Under the pieces are notes generated by a model that saw only the letters and a program-made list of their open reading frames with translations, did no database searches and had not been told where the DNA came from. This document shows, piece after piece, positions 26,330-35,280 of a stretch of 64,000 bases of DNA. This DNA is from Candidatus Latescibacterota bacterium (GTDB lineage: Bacteria > Latescibacterota > UBA2968 > GCA-2709665), in contig OZ252100.1 of assembly GCA_965248435.1 (NCBI GenBank), positions 160,001-224,000 of the forward strand, written 5' to 3'. The position numbers and the translations under genes were made by a program. The stretch's first letter is position 1, and each line of letters begins with the position of its first letter.

Positions 26330-28162
26330 ATGTGTGGCATTGTCGGATGGATCGGCAGAAAACCAGCCGTGGATGTACTTCTCGCGGGACTTCAGCGGCT
26401 TGAATATCGCGGATACGATTCTGCCGGGATAGCCGTCATCGACGAGGGTGAGATTCAACTCGAAAGGTCAGTCGGAAGGGTGGCCGAGCTCGTTCGTAAG
26501 GTGAACCAACGTCCGCCCAAAGGGATGACGGGCATCGCCCATACGCGGTGGATGACCCACGGTGAGGTCAGCGAACGAAACGCCCACCCTCACCTCGATG
26601 CGAGCGGAAAAATCGCGCTCGCACACAACGGCATCATAGAAAACCACGCTGCCATCCGTTCTTTACTGGGGAAGGAAGGAGTCACCTTCAGGACGGAGAC
26701 CGATACGGAATCGCTTGTCCAGCTCATCGGCTACCTTTATGAAAAGAGTGATGATCTACTTGGCTCGGTAAGGCAGGCGCTGCGAGACGTGCAGGGAACC
26801 TTCGGTGTGGTGATCATCTGTGAAGATGAGCCCGAAACACTCATTGCGGCTCGAAGAGGAAGTCCTCTCATCGTTGGGATGGGAAACCAGGAATACATCG
26901 TGGCCTCGGACGGGAGCGCCATCGTGGAGCACACCGACCAGGTCGTCTACCTGGAAGACAACGAAGTCGTGAAGCTGGGCCCCGAAGGCCTCCAGGCAAC
27001 GACCATCGACGCTGAGCCGTTGGAGAAGGAAGTGGATACACTGGAGGTGTCGCTCGAAGAGATAGAGCTGGGTGCCTACGAATATTACATGCTCAAGGAG
27101 ATTTACGAACAACCGCAAAGCATGCGGGACGTCATGCGCGGTCGGATAGACGTGAGAGGTCGTCAGGTTACGCTTGGGGGACTGAAGACTCTGGAGCGGG
27201 AACTCGCCGGGTATCACCGCGTACTGTTGACGGCGTGCGGTACTGCGTGGCACGCAGGGTTAATCGGAGAGTTCCTCTTCGAAGAGCTGGCTCGGGTCCC
27301 CACCGAGGTCGAGTATGCGAGCGAATTGCGGTATCGGAACCCGATTATCGAAGAGAATACACTGGCCATTGCCATCAGCCAGTCAGGGGAAACGGCCGAT
27401 ACTCTAGCCGCGCTGCGCGAGGTCCAGACGAAAGGGGCAACGGCGTTCGGGGTTGTGAACGTCGTTGGATCGTCGATCGCGCGAGAGACCGACGCGGGCG
27501 TCTATCTCCACGTCGGGCCAGAGATCGGGGTGGCCAGCACAAAGGCATTCACGGCCCAGATTGCAGTCCTCGCAATGATCGCCACGAACATGGGCCGGAG
27601 GCGTCATCTCTCCCCTGAGGAAACGTTTCGGGTTCTGGACGAACTCCGTCAGATTCCAGACAAAGTGGAGCAAGTGCTCGAGTTGGATTCGCAGATCCAA
27701 GCCCTGGCGGCTCGACTGTCGGCTTACGACAACTGGCTCTATCTGGGCCGTGGGGTCAACTACCCGGTTGCGCTCGAGGGCGCGCTAAAACTGAAAGAGC
27801 TCAGCTACATCCACGCAGAGGGCATGCCTGCGGCAGAAATGAAACACGGTCCCATCGCTTTGATCGATGATGGTATGCCCGTGGTCGTCCTCGCCGCGAG
27901 AGATCACACATACGACAAGGTCCTCGCAAACATCGAGGAGGTCCGCGGGAGAGGGGGCTGCGTGATCGCCGTGGCAAATGAGCAGGATTCCGAGCTGGAC
28001 CGGCTCGCCGATGAAGTCCTCACCGTACCCAAAACCCTCTCCATCCTTTCCCCTCTGGTTACGACAATCCCACTCCAGCTTCTGGCCTTCCACGCTGCCG
28101 TGATTCGGGGAAAGGACGTCGACAAACCCCGCAACCTGGCAAAGAGCGTTACCGTCGAATAA
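26330..28162 (+). CDS. glmS: Glutamine-fructose-6-phosphate transaminase
   Basis: MCGIVG start, EYRGYDSAG, AHTRW, SQSGETADT, KPRNLAKSVTVE end. Confidence 0.97.
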   Translation: MCGIVGWIGRKPAVDVLLAGLQRLEYRGYDSAGIAVIDEGEIQLERSVGRVAELVRKVNQRPPKGMTGIAHTRWMTHGEVSERNAHPHLDASGKIALAHNGIIENHAAIRSLLGKEGVTFRTETDTESLVQLIGYLYEKSDDLLGSVRQALRDVQGTFGVVIICEDEPETLIAARRGSPLIVGMGNQEYIVASDGSAIVEHTDQVVYLEDNEVVKLGPEGLQATTIDAEPLEKEVDTLEVSLEEIELGAYEYYMLKEIYEQPQSMRDVMRGRIDVRGRQVTLGGLKTLERELAGYHRVLLTACGTAWHAGLIGEFLFEELARVPTEVEYASELRYRNPIIEENTLAIAISQSGETADTLAALREVQTKGATAFGVVNVVGSSIARETDAGVYLHVGPEIGVASTKAFTAQIAVLAMIATNMGRRRHLSPEETFRVLDELRQIPDKVEQVLELDSQIQALAARLSAYDNWLYLGRGVNYPVALEGALKLKELSYIHAEGMPAAEMKHGPIALIDDGMPVVVLAARDHTYDKVLANIEEVRGRGGCVIAVANEQDSELDRLADEVLTVPKTLSILSPLVTTIPLQLLAFHAAVIRGKDVDKPRNLAKSVTVE

Positions 28163-28175
28163 ACCCCATCCAACC

Positions 28176-29444
28176 ATGCCGATCCGTCTCGCGGTCTACG
28201 AAGATGCTGGCTGGCGTTCCCTGCTTCCCCTCGTCTACGTGCGGGCGGTCTTCCAGCTCATCTGCGGGGCGAACGACCTCCTTTCCAGAATTCGACGCCT
28301 GACCGTCGAGGCGGATTCTTTCAGGGGTCACCCAGATCCCGACCTCTGGTGCAGATCGGAAATCGAAGAGATCGTTGAGGAAGAGACGAATCTCCGAGTC
28401 AACGCACCACTGGACGGTGCGACGCTCCTCCTGAACGGCCGGGGTGTCTGGACTGCGCTGCCTGAGTTATCAGAGGAGAACGCCTCCTGGGTGGGAACCG
28501 CTGACAGTCAGATGGCCTGTATCTTCGCCGCGGCCGATCTGGCACAGGGGCTTTCTTCCAGCGCACTACTCGAATCCGGTGAAGTACCGAAAGGGCTGGA
28601 AAACCTTCCCAGGCGTGATGTGAGTCACTGCGTCGACCTGATTCGCTGGCCGTGGGAGCTGGTCTCAGCGAATGGAGTCTCCCTCGAGGAGGACTGGAGG
28701 GCCTGCTCCAGCAAGGGTGTCATCGATGGTGGTGTGGACGAGGGCGCCCATATTCTCGGAGGCGACTCTGTGACCATCGGCTCCGGAAGCCGGATTATGC
28801 CTGGCGCCGTGATCGACGCGGAAACCGGCCCCGTTTGGATCGGGAGCGACGTGAAGGTCATGCCTCACGCCTACATCAAGGGTCCGACCTGGATCGGTGA
28901 CGGTTGTCGGCTGAACCCGGGCGTGGTCATCCGGGAAGACACCACGATCGGTCCATTCTCCAGGGTCGGTGGGGAGATTGTGGCCAGCATCGTCCACGGA
29001 CACGCGAACAAGCAGCATTACGGGTTCCTGGGTAACAGTTATATTTGCCCGTGGGCGAATCTTGCGGCCGGCTGCACGAACAGTAATGTGAAAAACACAT
29101 ACGGCAGAGTAAGGGTGCCTATCAACGGTGAGGAAGTGAATACTGGAGAGGCGTTCGTCGGCACCTTTGTCGGAGATCACAGCAAGGCCGGTATCAACCT
29201 CGCGATTCCGACCGGGGCCGTCGTGGGATTCTGCTGCAGTGTCTTTGCACCCAAAAGCCCCAGATTCGTCCGGAGTTTCAGTTGGGTCGACGGGGATCGG
29301 ATCGAGGGGTATGACGAGGAACGCGGGCTCGCGGTAGCAAAAAAGGTGATGGAGCGGAGGGGATTAGCGATGAGTCCCGCGATGGAGCGGGCCTTCCTCG
29401 CCGTCAGGCAGATTGCCGAGGAGATCGAATCTCGGAGTGACTGA
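28176..29444 (+). CDS. GlmU-related putative sugar nucleotidyl/acetyltransferase with left-handed beta-helix
   Basis: LLPLVYVRAVF N-terminus, hexapeptide repeats, NKQHYGFLGNS, GDHSK; follows glmS. Confidence 0.8.
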   Translation: MPIRLAVYEDAGWRSLLPLVYVRAVFQLICGANDLLSRIRRLTVEADSFRGHPDPDLWCRSEIEEIVEEETNLRVNAPLDGATLLLNGRGVWTALPELSEENASWVGTADSQMACIFAAADLAQGLSSSALLESGEVPKGLENLPRRDVSHCVDLIRWPWELVSANGVSLEEDWRACSSKGVIDGGVDEGAHILGGDSVTIGSGSRIMPGAVIDAETGPVWIGSDVKVMPHAYIKGPTWIGDGCRLNPGVVIREDTTIGPFSRVGGEIVASIVHGHANKQHYGFLGNSYICPWANLAAGCTNSNVKNTYGRVRVPINGEEVNTGEAFVGTFVGDHSKAGINLAIPTGAVVGFCCSVFAPKSPRFVRSFSWVDGDRIEGYDEERGLAVAKKVMERRGLAMSPAMERAFLAVRQIAEEIESRSD

Positions 29445-29537
29445 TCAGCGAAGTCCCTGCTGCCAAATCGTGGTCTGAAACGACAAAATCCCAGGTGTTG
29501 CCTGGGATTTCGTGTTTGTAGGGGTCTACAGACAGGC

Positions 29538-29566
29538 TTGCACTCGAGGGACTGGATGCCTATATT
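29538..29566 (+). promoter_or_regulatory. Orphan sigma70-like promoter
   Basis: TTGCAC-17nt-TATATT with no + strand gene until 30088. Confidence 0.45.
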
Positions 29567-29665
29567 CTCTGCAGCTTTTCGAGCCAGCGCTGATCTGTAA
29601 AAGGTCAACGGGTGGATCAGATACTTTTTGTATCTTGTTATGGTAGAAATATATACACGGAATAT

Positions 29666-30010
29666 CTATACAAAGATGTCCAGGAGCGACTGCATCAGGC
29701 GGTCCTGGGTCCGCAGGGTGCGGGCGTTGCTCTTGAACGCCTCGCGCGCCTCGATCTGTTCTACGGCCTCTGAGGCCAGATCGACATTGTTCTGAGGCCC
29801 CTTTACGGCGCGCGCGATTTCCTTACCCTGCTCTGAAAGCTCAACGACGTCCGAGCGTGTGTCGACCCCACCCGAGGGACGTTCCTGAGCAGAAACGCGA
29901 TGGCGTGAGAATTCATCCGTGCTCACGTTGGCCACGTTGTGGGCAGAGGTGTTCATCCGTCTCTGGTTTGCGCGCAACCCGCTCAGAGGGATCTCTTCAG
30001 GCATCTGCAT
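29666..30010 (-). CDS. Small flagellar basal-body rod-like protein (FlgC/FlgG N- and C-terminal motifs only)
   Basis: SGLRANQRRMNTSAHNVANVST and NNVDLASEAVEQI...NARTL...LLDI; GAGGAG SD (alternative ATG at 30004). Confidence 0.8.
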   Translation of the reverse strand: MQMPEEIPLSGLRANQRRMNTSAHNVANVSTDEFSRHRVSAQERPSGGVDTRSDVVELSEQGKEIARAVKGPQNNVDLASEAVEQIEAREAFKSNARTLRTQDRLMQSLLDIFV

Positions 30011-30087
30011 TCTCCTCGAATTGATGATCCGCCAATAAGATACAGCATTTTACGACCGGTAGCAAGCCCTGTGGGGTAACCTTCCTC

Positions 30088-32136
30088 GTGAGACTCCTGA
30101 GCCGAAAACGCATCGATGATCTACGACATCGCTCTCGGGCGAACGCCTTTCATCCTGCATACCAGAAACTGAAGGATGAATCCGATGCTTTTCTGGCACT
30201 GAAGATGTGCCCACCCGAATCTCCAGCGGGGCTCTATCACGACTACTTTTGCCCTGACCACGGGGTAGAGCTTCTGTTCGACCCGACATCGCCCGATCGC
30301 CACCGATGCCCCCTGGGTAACGAAGTCTTCACCGGGGAGCCGTACGATTCGGCCAGCGCCTGGTTCGTCAACAATCGGCTTTCCGCGATGGCCTTCAAGC
30401 TTGCCCTCCTCTGGCAGATCGATGCCGAGGAACACACCTTTCTCGGGGTTGAAGAGATCCTGCTCGGTTACGCCGACCGCTACACAGGATATCCGCCGAG
30501 CGACCGCCCTTCAGGTAATGGTAAGGCCACATATCAAGCCCTCGATGAGGCTGTCTGGCTGATCCCTCTGGTGCAGGGATATGACTTGATCCGGGGCCAG
30601 ATCTCTGACGATGCGCGGAACAAGGTTGAAAACGACCTTATCCGACCGGCAGCCGAGCACATTCTGGGGCAGAAAATGCATCAGATCCATAACATCGAAT
30701 GCTGGTTGAATGCCGGGCTGGGGACCGTCGGGATCTGTCTGGACGACGAGACGCTCGTTCGCATCGCCGTAGAAGACGAGTTTGGGTTTCGACACCAGCT
30801 TGCAGAGGGGGTTCGGCAGGACGGTCTCTGGTGGGAGGGGTCATCGAGCTATCACTTTTACGCCTTGGCCGCATTGATGACCCACGCGCAGAATGCTTTG
30901 ACGAGCGACGACACTCTCTGGAAGTCCGACAGGCTCAAGGAGATGTTTCGGGCTCCCGTGGCCCTGGCCTATCCGGATCTCACACTTCCCGCCACGAACG
31001 ACTGCTGGTTCTTTACCTCTCTCGTGGGTGATGTCTGCCACGGCGTGCCCGAGGCCTCAGGGTTCTATGAGGTCGCATACGCCTGGTACGAAGACCCGAT
31101 TTTCGCCTGGGTCCTGAGCCTGAATTATGAAGTCCACCAGAGAGAGAGCCTGGAAGCCCTCGTTTACGGGCACGAGCTGCCCGATACCCGGGTTCGGATT
31201 CGCCCGGGCGGAACCCATTTCGAGGAATCGGGTTTTGCAGTCCTGCGATCCGCAGACCCGCCTGAAAGGCAGTCCAGTCTTCTGCTCAAATATGGCCCTG
31301 TCGGAGGGGGCCACGGACATCCAGATAAATTGGGCATCTCATTCTATCTGTCCGGATTTCCGGTCTCCCTGGACCTGGGCACACCGGGCTATGGGATCGA
31401 TCTGCACCGGTCCTGGTACAGGCAAAGCCTCAGCCACAATACCGTCGTCGTGGACGGGCACTCTCAGCCGCCAGCGGATGGGGAGTGCGTGAGGTTCGAC
31501 AGCGGTGTGCGGTCCGATTATGGCGTGGCCGACGCCAGGGTTTCCTGGGAAGAGGGGCCCTACGAGGGGATCTCGATGCGTCGATCCGTGCTCTGGATGG
31601 AGGAATACTTTATCGACCTCTTTGAGGTTCAGGGCACTCAAACGCATCAGTTCGATTGGGTCTGCCGATTTCGAGGTCAGTTCTCCTCTGCTTCGGGTCT
31701 TTCAGACGAGGGTCCAGTCGCACTTGAGGGGGACGGCTACGGCCACGTCGCCGAGCCGAAAGCGGCCATCCCAGACCGTTCTGTCAGCCTGGCGTGGGGA
31801 CTCCCGGGGGGCGGTTTTACGCTCCATCTCCCTCGGGAGGCTGGAGGCAGGCTCATCCGTGGAAAGGCACCCTCCAATCCCGCGTCTTCGTCCTGCGATC
31901 TGCTGATCCGTCGCCGAAATTGTGCCGCGACGACCTTCGTGACGCTTGTGCATCCCTGGACGGAATGCCCGAACATCTCCGAGGTGAGCACGATCGACAC
32001 GCACGAGGATGTGGTGGCCCTTTCCGTCGTTTGCTCTGGAAATCGCCATCTCTGGATCATTTCAAAAGAGGGAAATGAGGAGGCGCGTGCCCTCTCTCGA
32101 AAGGGTGAGGACCGGGTTCTGACATACGCTCTTTGA
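30088..32136 (+). CDS. Heparinase II/III-family / oligo-alginate lyase-like polysaccharide lyase
   Basis: HNIECW.NA, WWEGSSSYHFY, GHGHPDKL, DLGTPGYG, SHNTVVVDG; no signal peptide. Confidence 0.82.
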   Translation: MRLLSRKRIDDLRHRSRANAFHPAYQKLKDESDAFLALKMCPPESPAGLYHDYFCPDHGVELLFDPTSPDRHRCPLGNEVFTGEPYDSASAWFVNNRLSAMAFKLALLWQIDAEEHTFLGVEEILLGYADRYTGYPPSDRPSGNGKATYQALDEAVWLIPLVQGYDLIRGQISDDARNKVENDLIRPAAEHILGQKMHQIHNIECWLNAGLGTVGICLDDETLVRIAVEDEFGFRHQLAEGVRQDGLWWEGSSSYHFYALAALMTHAQNALTSDDTLWKSDRLKEMFRAPVALAYPDLTLPATNDCWFFTSLVGDVCHGVPEASGFYEVAYAWYEDPIFAWVLSLNYEVHQRESLEALVYGHELPDTRVRIRPGGTHFEESGFAVLRSADPPERQSSLLLKYGPVGGGHGHPDKLGISFYLSGFPVSLDLGTPGYGIDLHRSWYRQSLSHNTVVVDGHSQPPADGECVRFDSGVRSDYGVADARVSWEEGPYEGISMRRSVLWMEEYFIDLFEVQGTQTHQFDWVCRFRGQFSSASGLSDEGPVALEGDGYGHVAEPKAAIPDRSVSLAWGLPGGGFTLHLPREAGGRLIRGKAPSNPASSSCDLLIRRRNCAATTFVTLVHPWTECPNISEVSTIDTHEDVVALSVVCSGNRHLWIISKEGNEEARALSRKGEDRVLTYAL

Positions 32137-32223
32137 GTCTACAATCCTTTTGATTTCAGACATCAATTGATTATATTCGTTGCACCGTTTTTGCCATTCT
32201 AACCCAGGATCGAAAGGGTCCGT

Positions 32224-33603
32224 GTGTCCCAGACCCTCCAGAACATAGGCACCGAATATCGCGATGTCCTGGCCGGTTCGGCAGACCTTTATGAACGCGC
32301 CTGCGAGGTCTTTCCGAGCGGAGTGACCCACGACAACCGATTCAGACGTCCTTTTCCCGTCTACGCGGTTCGGGCCGAGGCGGGTCGCAAATGGGACGTG
32401 GACGGCAGGGAATACGTCGACTTCTGGATGGGTCACGGCGCGCTGATACTGGGCCATTCGCATCCCACTCTGGTAAACGCAGTCACCGAGCAGATTCGGC
32501 GCGGCACGCATTACGGATCGTGTCACGAGCTGGAGGTTGAGTGGGGGGAATGGGTGAAACGGCTGGTTCCTTCCGCGGAACGGGTTCGTTTCACGAGCTC
32601 CGGGACCGAGGCCACACTGATGGCCCTCAGGTTGGCCCGCACCTTTTCAGACCGAAAGAAAGTGCTCAAGTTTCAAGGCCATTTCCACGGCTGGCACGAT
32701 AACCTGATCTCTGGGCATAAACCGCCATATGACCGGCCGCCTCCAGCCGGGGTCCTTCCGGCCGTGGCGGATACTGTGCATCTATGTGCACCGAATGACA
32801 TCGATGCCGTTGAGGACACTCTCAAGCGTGACAATGACGTCGCCTGTGTGATCATCGAGCCGACGGGCGGCGCGTTCGGGATGACCCCTACTCGAAAGGG
32901 GTTTTTGACTGAATTGCGTGAAGTGACTTCGCGCTATGGCGTTCTCTTGATCTTTGACGAGGTCGTCACCGGTTTTCGTTGTGCGCCTGGTGGGGCACAG
33001 GCCTATTTTGGGGTCACACCTGACCTGACGACCATGGCGAAGATTCTGTCCGGCGGGCTGCCGGGCGGGTGCCTGGCGGGGCGGGAAGATATCATGAAGC
33101 TTCTGGCATTCCAGGGGGAGCCCGAGTGGGATTTGTTCCGGAAGATGCCGCATCAGGGGACTTTCAACGCAAACCCGCTTTCAGCGGCAGCCGGAATTGC
33201 CATGCTGAGCAAGATTGCGAACGGTGAGGAGATCGAAAAGGCGAATCGAATCGCGGATTCCTTGCGATCCCGCTTGAACGAGGTTGCCGCCTCACACCGG
33301 GCAGATTGGGTCGTCTACGGAGACTTTTCCCGGATTGCTTTCCTTGCCGGATGTGATTCACCGGCGGAAGATCTGCAGGCGATCCAGGAGGGGGCTTACG
33401 ACCATCGAAGGCTCAGGTCGGTGGATCCGGATCTGGACGGTCCTTTTCAGCAGGCGATGCTCCTTGAAGGGATTGATTTTACGGGGTGGATGGGGTTGAC
33501 GGCCTCGACGCACACCGAAGAAGATGTCGACCGAACCGCACAGGCGTTCGATCGAGCCCTTGACCGACTGAAGGCAGAAGGGCTTGTCAGGACGGCAGGT
33601 TGA
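32224..33603 (+). CDS. Class III PLP aminotransferase (glutamate-1-semialdehyde aminomutase-like)
   Basis: WDVDG.EYVD, SSGTEAT, GHFHGWHD, IFDEVVTGFR, AKILSGGLP, GTFNANP. Confidence 0.9.
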   Translation: MSQTLQNIGTEYRDVLAGSADLYERACEVFPSGVTHDNRFRRPFPVYAVRAEAGRKWDVDGREYVDFWMGHGALILGHSHPTLVNAVTEQIRRGTHYGSCHELEVEWGEWVKRLVPSAERVRFTSSGTEATLMALRLARTFSDRKKVLKFQGHFHGWHDNLISGHKPPYDRPPPAGVLPAVADTVHLCAPNDIDAVEDTLKRDNDVACVIIEPTGGAFGMTPTRKGFLTELREVTSRYGVLLIFDEVVTGFRCAPGGAQAYFGVTPDLTTMAKILSGGLPGGCLAGREDIMKLLAFQGEPEWDLFRKMPHQGTFNANPLSAAAGIAMLSKIANGEEIEKANRIADSLRSRLNEVAASHRADWVVYGDFSRIAFLAGCDSPAEDLQAIQEGAYDHRRLRSVDPDLDGPFQQAMLLEGIDFTGWMGLTASTHTEEDVDRTAQAFDRALDRLKAEGLVRTAG

Positions 33604-33620
33604 TCTAGGAAGTAAAACCC

Positions 33621-34964
33621 ATGTCCGAAGACACGCGAGTGCTCATCGTAGATCACGGCAGATTTTCCTCGCTCATCTCGAAGATGCTGGTGGGAAAGTT
33701 TGCGACCGAGACGGCCGAGGATGGCCTGCAGGCCATCAAGGCCCTTAGGACCACCCCTCCGAATATCCTTATTGTGGACCAGGATATTCCGGGAAACGGC
33801 ATCAGGCTGGCAGAACTGGTTGGCATGAGCCCCAAATATAAAGACGTTTCAGTTGTCTTGACATCGGGAAAACCGTCTCCCGACACGATCATCCGGGCGA
33901 AAAACGCAGGTGTGAGCTCTTACCTGGCAAAGCCCTTCCGGCCCAGCGAGCTCGTGAATCGAATCGAGGGGGCGCTACTCAATCAAGCAGCTGCCACAGC
34001 GGCGGCCACCTCCGAATCTGCTTCTGGTGAAGATGGCAAAGAGGATGCTGCTGCTTCAGCCGCGGGAGGCGAGGGCGCAGAGGACGACGAAGGCGAAGAA
34101 GAGAGCGGATCCGCGGGTGACATCCGGAGCAAGGTGAAGAATATCGACGGACTGCCTCAATTCCCGGCCACTCACGCGGAAATCATGAAGCTGTCCAAGA
34201 GCGACGAATCTTCGAGCGAAGACCTGGCAGAGAAGATTCAGCTGGACCCCGGTTTTCTGGCGACCGTCCTCAAGCTGGCCAATTCCTCCTACTACGGGTT
34301 TAGCAAGAAGACCGATTCCCTTCAGCTGGCCGTCACCCGGTTGGGGATGGAGGAGATCGGCAATCTCGTGATGGCCGCCCAGGTATTCGAAAAACTGGGT
34401 GGCAATGATGAGGGCAGTGCTCTCGACATGGCAGGGCTTTGGAAACATTCCGTGGGCACGGCCTTCATCGCTCGCGCGGTCTCCAAAAAGCTTCAAACCG
34501 AAGTGGATGCTTCCTTCCTGGGCGGCATGCTGCACGACCTGGGCAAGATCGTACTGGATCGATTTTTCGCCGACTACTACGGGGCGGTGGTCGACACCGT
34601 CAAGTCGGAAAGCATGTCCCTGTATCAGGCCGAGATGGAAATCCTCGGGGTCAGCCACGCCGAAGTGGGTGGCCTGCTCGCAGAGTCGTGGGCCTTCTCG
34701 AAGAACTTCCAGAACTGCATGACGCACCATCATCTACCCAGGGGGACGCGCCGTCATCAGCGATTGGTGTGTGTCATCCATCTGGCGGACGTCTTATGTC
34801 ATCAACTCGAGTTCGGGTCGGGTGGGGACGAGCAGGTTCCAGACGTGGACGAGAGCGCATTGGACCGCTTCTCGATTGGCGACCGTGGGCTGACGACCTT
34901 GAAGGAGGTGGCCGAGACCGATCTCGGAGACGCCGAATCTTTCCTTAGCGGCCTGGCGAAATAA
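33621..34964 (+). CDS. Receiver + HDOD domain signalling protein with acidic linker
   Basis: ILIVDQD, YLAKPF; HDOD motifs LPQFP, DPGFLATVLKLANS, WKHS, HDLGK. Confidence 0.9.
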   Translation: MSEDTRVLIVDHGRFSSLISKMLVGKFATETAEDGLQAIKALRTTPPNILIVDQDIPGNGIRLAELVGMSPKYKDVSVVLTSGKPSPDTIIRAKNAGVSSYLAKPFRPSELVNRIEGALLNQAAATAAATSESASGEDGKEDAAASAAGGEGAEDDEGEEESGSAGDIRSKVKNIDGLPQFPATHAEIMKLSKSDESSSEDLAEKIQLDPGFLATVLKLANSSYYGFSKKTDSLQLAVTRLGMEEIGNLVMAAQVFEKLGGNDEGSALDMAGLWKHSVGTAFIARAVSKKLQTEVDASFLGGMLHDLGKIVLDRFFADYYGAVVDTVKSESMSLYQAEMEILGVSHAEVGGLLAESWAFSKNFQNCMTHHHLPRGTRRHQRLVCVIHLADVLCHQLEFGSGGDEQVPDVDESALDRFSIGDRGLTTLKEVAETDLGDAESFLSGLAK

Positions 34965-35280
34965 AAGACCGTCGTTCGTAGATCGTCGTTCGTCTCAATC
35001 GTTCCGCTAGTTTAAGACCCGCTCCCCCCTAAAGTTCCAACCCTAATTCAATCGTCAATAGCCCTTCTTTGCAATCCTAAGTCCGTTCGAGTTCGGATTC
35101 AATAAACAGCATTCGCTTCATCCTGCCATTATCTCCTCCTAGCAGGTGCACCTAACCTAGATTTTCAAGCTCTCCCTCAGGGTTCCTCCAGCCGAGTCCG
35201 TCGTTTCGTAGCCAACCACATCTATAGCGACACGCGGGTTTGTGTCCCTTACCCGGCCACTTTAAGAAGGATTCTATAGA

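Noticed and set aside
26300-26330. glmS ribozyme
   Set aside because: Only 4 nt separate udg and glmS, so there is no leader.
32224-33603. hemL assignment
   Set aside because: Class III fold is clear, but HemL-specific motifs (PGGVNSPVR, YHGH.D) are diverged and no hem genes are adjacent.
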